A DNA stretch of 46,358 bases from Neovahlkampfia damariscottae (taxonomy: Eukaryota). A program made the position numbers and the translations under genes. The stretch's first letter is position 1; each line of letters starts with the position of its first letter. Below, one piece after another: positions 45,883-46,358 of the stretch. Where the stretch lies: NCBI GenBank assembly GCA_016618085.1, contig JABLTG010000018.1:124001-170358 (forward strand). The letters run 5' to 3'. Below the pieces are notes generated by a model. That model made no database searches. It was not told where the DNA came from and was given only the letters and a program-made list of their open reading frames with translations.

Positions 45883-46358
45883 GGGGAAGGAAAAAAAAAC
45901 GCTGGGGAAACCTATACAGCTACACAACTAACAAACCAAATGAAAATAGAATGTTTTTTTTAATTGTATAATCCCAAATTGTTGGGATTCGTTTAATTTT
46001 TTTTTAACTCTGTATTAATGTTGAAGAAACTAAATACTGAATCGGAATATTTGATTTTTCCGTTACAAAGTGACCATTCGGAATCGTTTGTGAACAACGT
46101 ATAGATTTTCTAAATTCCGAAAAATTATAAATGGATGGAAAAATCAGAAAAGACGCCAAGAAAACAAATAGAGCAGGCTGATGAGCAATAATGATCAATG
46201 CAATGAAAAGTATATCACCAGTAAAAAAATTAGAGAACAGTACGGAGTTTGTAATTCAACACTCAAACGATGGGCAAATGAAGGAAAAATTAGTAGTATC
46301 CGAACAATCGGAAACAAAAGGCTCTATGGATGTGATGACATTAGAAGAGTCTTTGGAG
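45883..46358 (+). mobile_element. Putative left part of an IS607-like element (boundary uncertain)
   Basis: TnpA-like ORF preceded by three TCGGAAT motifs at 36-nt spacing, an 8-bp hairpin (45970-45989) and GGGG runs (45883-45886, 45904-45907). Confidence 0.55.
46181..46358 (+). CDS. tnpA: IS607-family serine recombinase/transposase TnpA, N-terminal MerR-like HTH (truncated by window end)
   Basis: Manual translation gives MSNNDQCNEKYITSKKIREQYGVCNSTLKRWANEGKISSIRTIGNKRLYGCDDIRRVFG, open to the end of the window. It fits the GVxxxTLRRWxxxGKIxxxRTxGxxRxY pattern of IS607 TnpA. Confidence 0.8.
   Translation, partial: MSNNDQCNEKYITSKKIREQYGVCNSTLKRWANEGKISSIRTIGNKRLYGCDDIRRVFG

Noticed and set aside
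46004..46198. 64-aa minus-strand ORF near the right edge
   Set aside because: It has a non-ATG start and no recognisable motif. The plus-strand TnpA-like frame and end motifs explain the region better.
1..46358. Alternative genetic code or stop-codon readthrough as the cause of fragmented ORFs
   Set aside because: Nearly all breaks are resolved by 30-45 nt GT-AG introns that restore conserved motifs, and TAA, TAG and TGA all serve as genuine terminators.
1..46358. CRISPR arrays, tRNA, rRNA or telomeric repeats
   Set aside because: No repeat-spacer periodicity, cloverleaf, rRNA-like or tandem telomeric sequence was seen by eye. Covariance searches were not run.

Overview
This is a very AT-rich, extremely compact eukaryotic (protist) genomic window using the standard genetic code. 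A heterolobosean-amoeba-like origin is inferred from the RGS-domain fusions and tiny introns, but is not proven. I reconstructed about 35 gene or pseudogene loci by hand-splicing about 55 GT-AG introns, nearly all 30-45 nt long. Most start codons have a CCAAT/ATTGG box 10-55 nt upstream. Recognisable genes include CCDC115/Vma22, transportin-1, a PepD-type M20 peptidase, a TM2 protein, an F-box protein, a TDP2-like EEP enzyme, a GH5 endoglycoceramidase, a RING/B-box/UBA protein, a cytochrome P450, a PPP phosphatase, phytochelatin synthase, a hot-dog thioesterase, a SET protein, CHFR, an actin-related protein, a WRN-type exonuclease, a B-box/RCC1 protein and a PARP-like ADP-ribosyltransferase. 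The main highlights are: (1) an ORF missing from the track, running off the right edge, that looks like the MerR-type HTH of an IS607-family serine recombinase (TnpA), the partner of eukaryotic TnpB/Fanzor2 nucleases, with evenly spaced repeats upstream; (2) a 444-bp inversion that splits an RGS-START gene, where re-inverting restores both the ATG and the reading frame at the other junction; (3) a 5-nt micro-exon inside the thioesterase active-site motif; (4) tandem RING paralogues that differ by one precise intron and by two non-canonical splice sites. All family calls are motif recognition by eye, without database searches.
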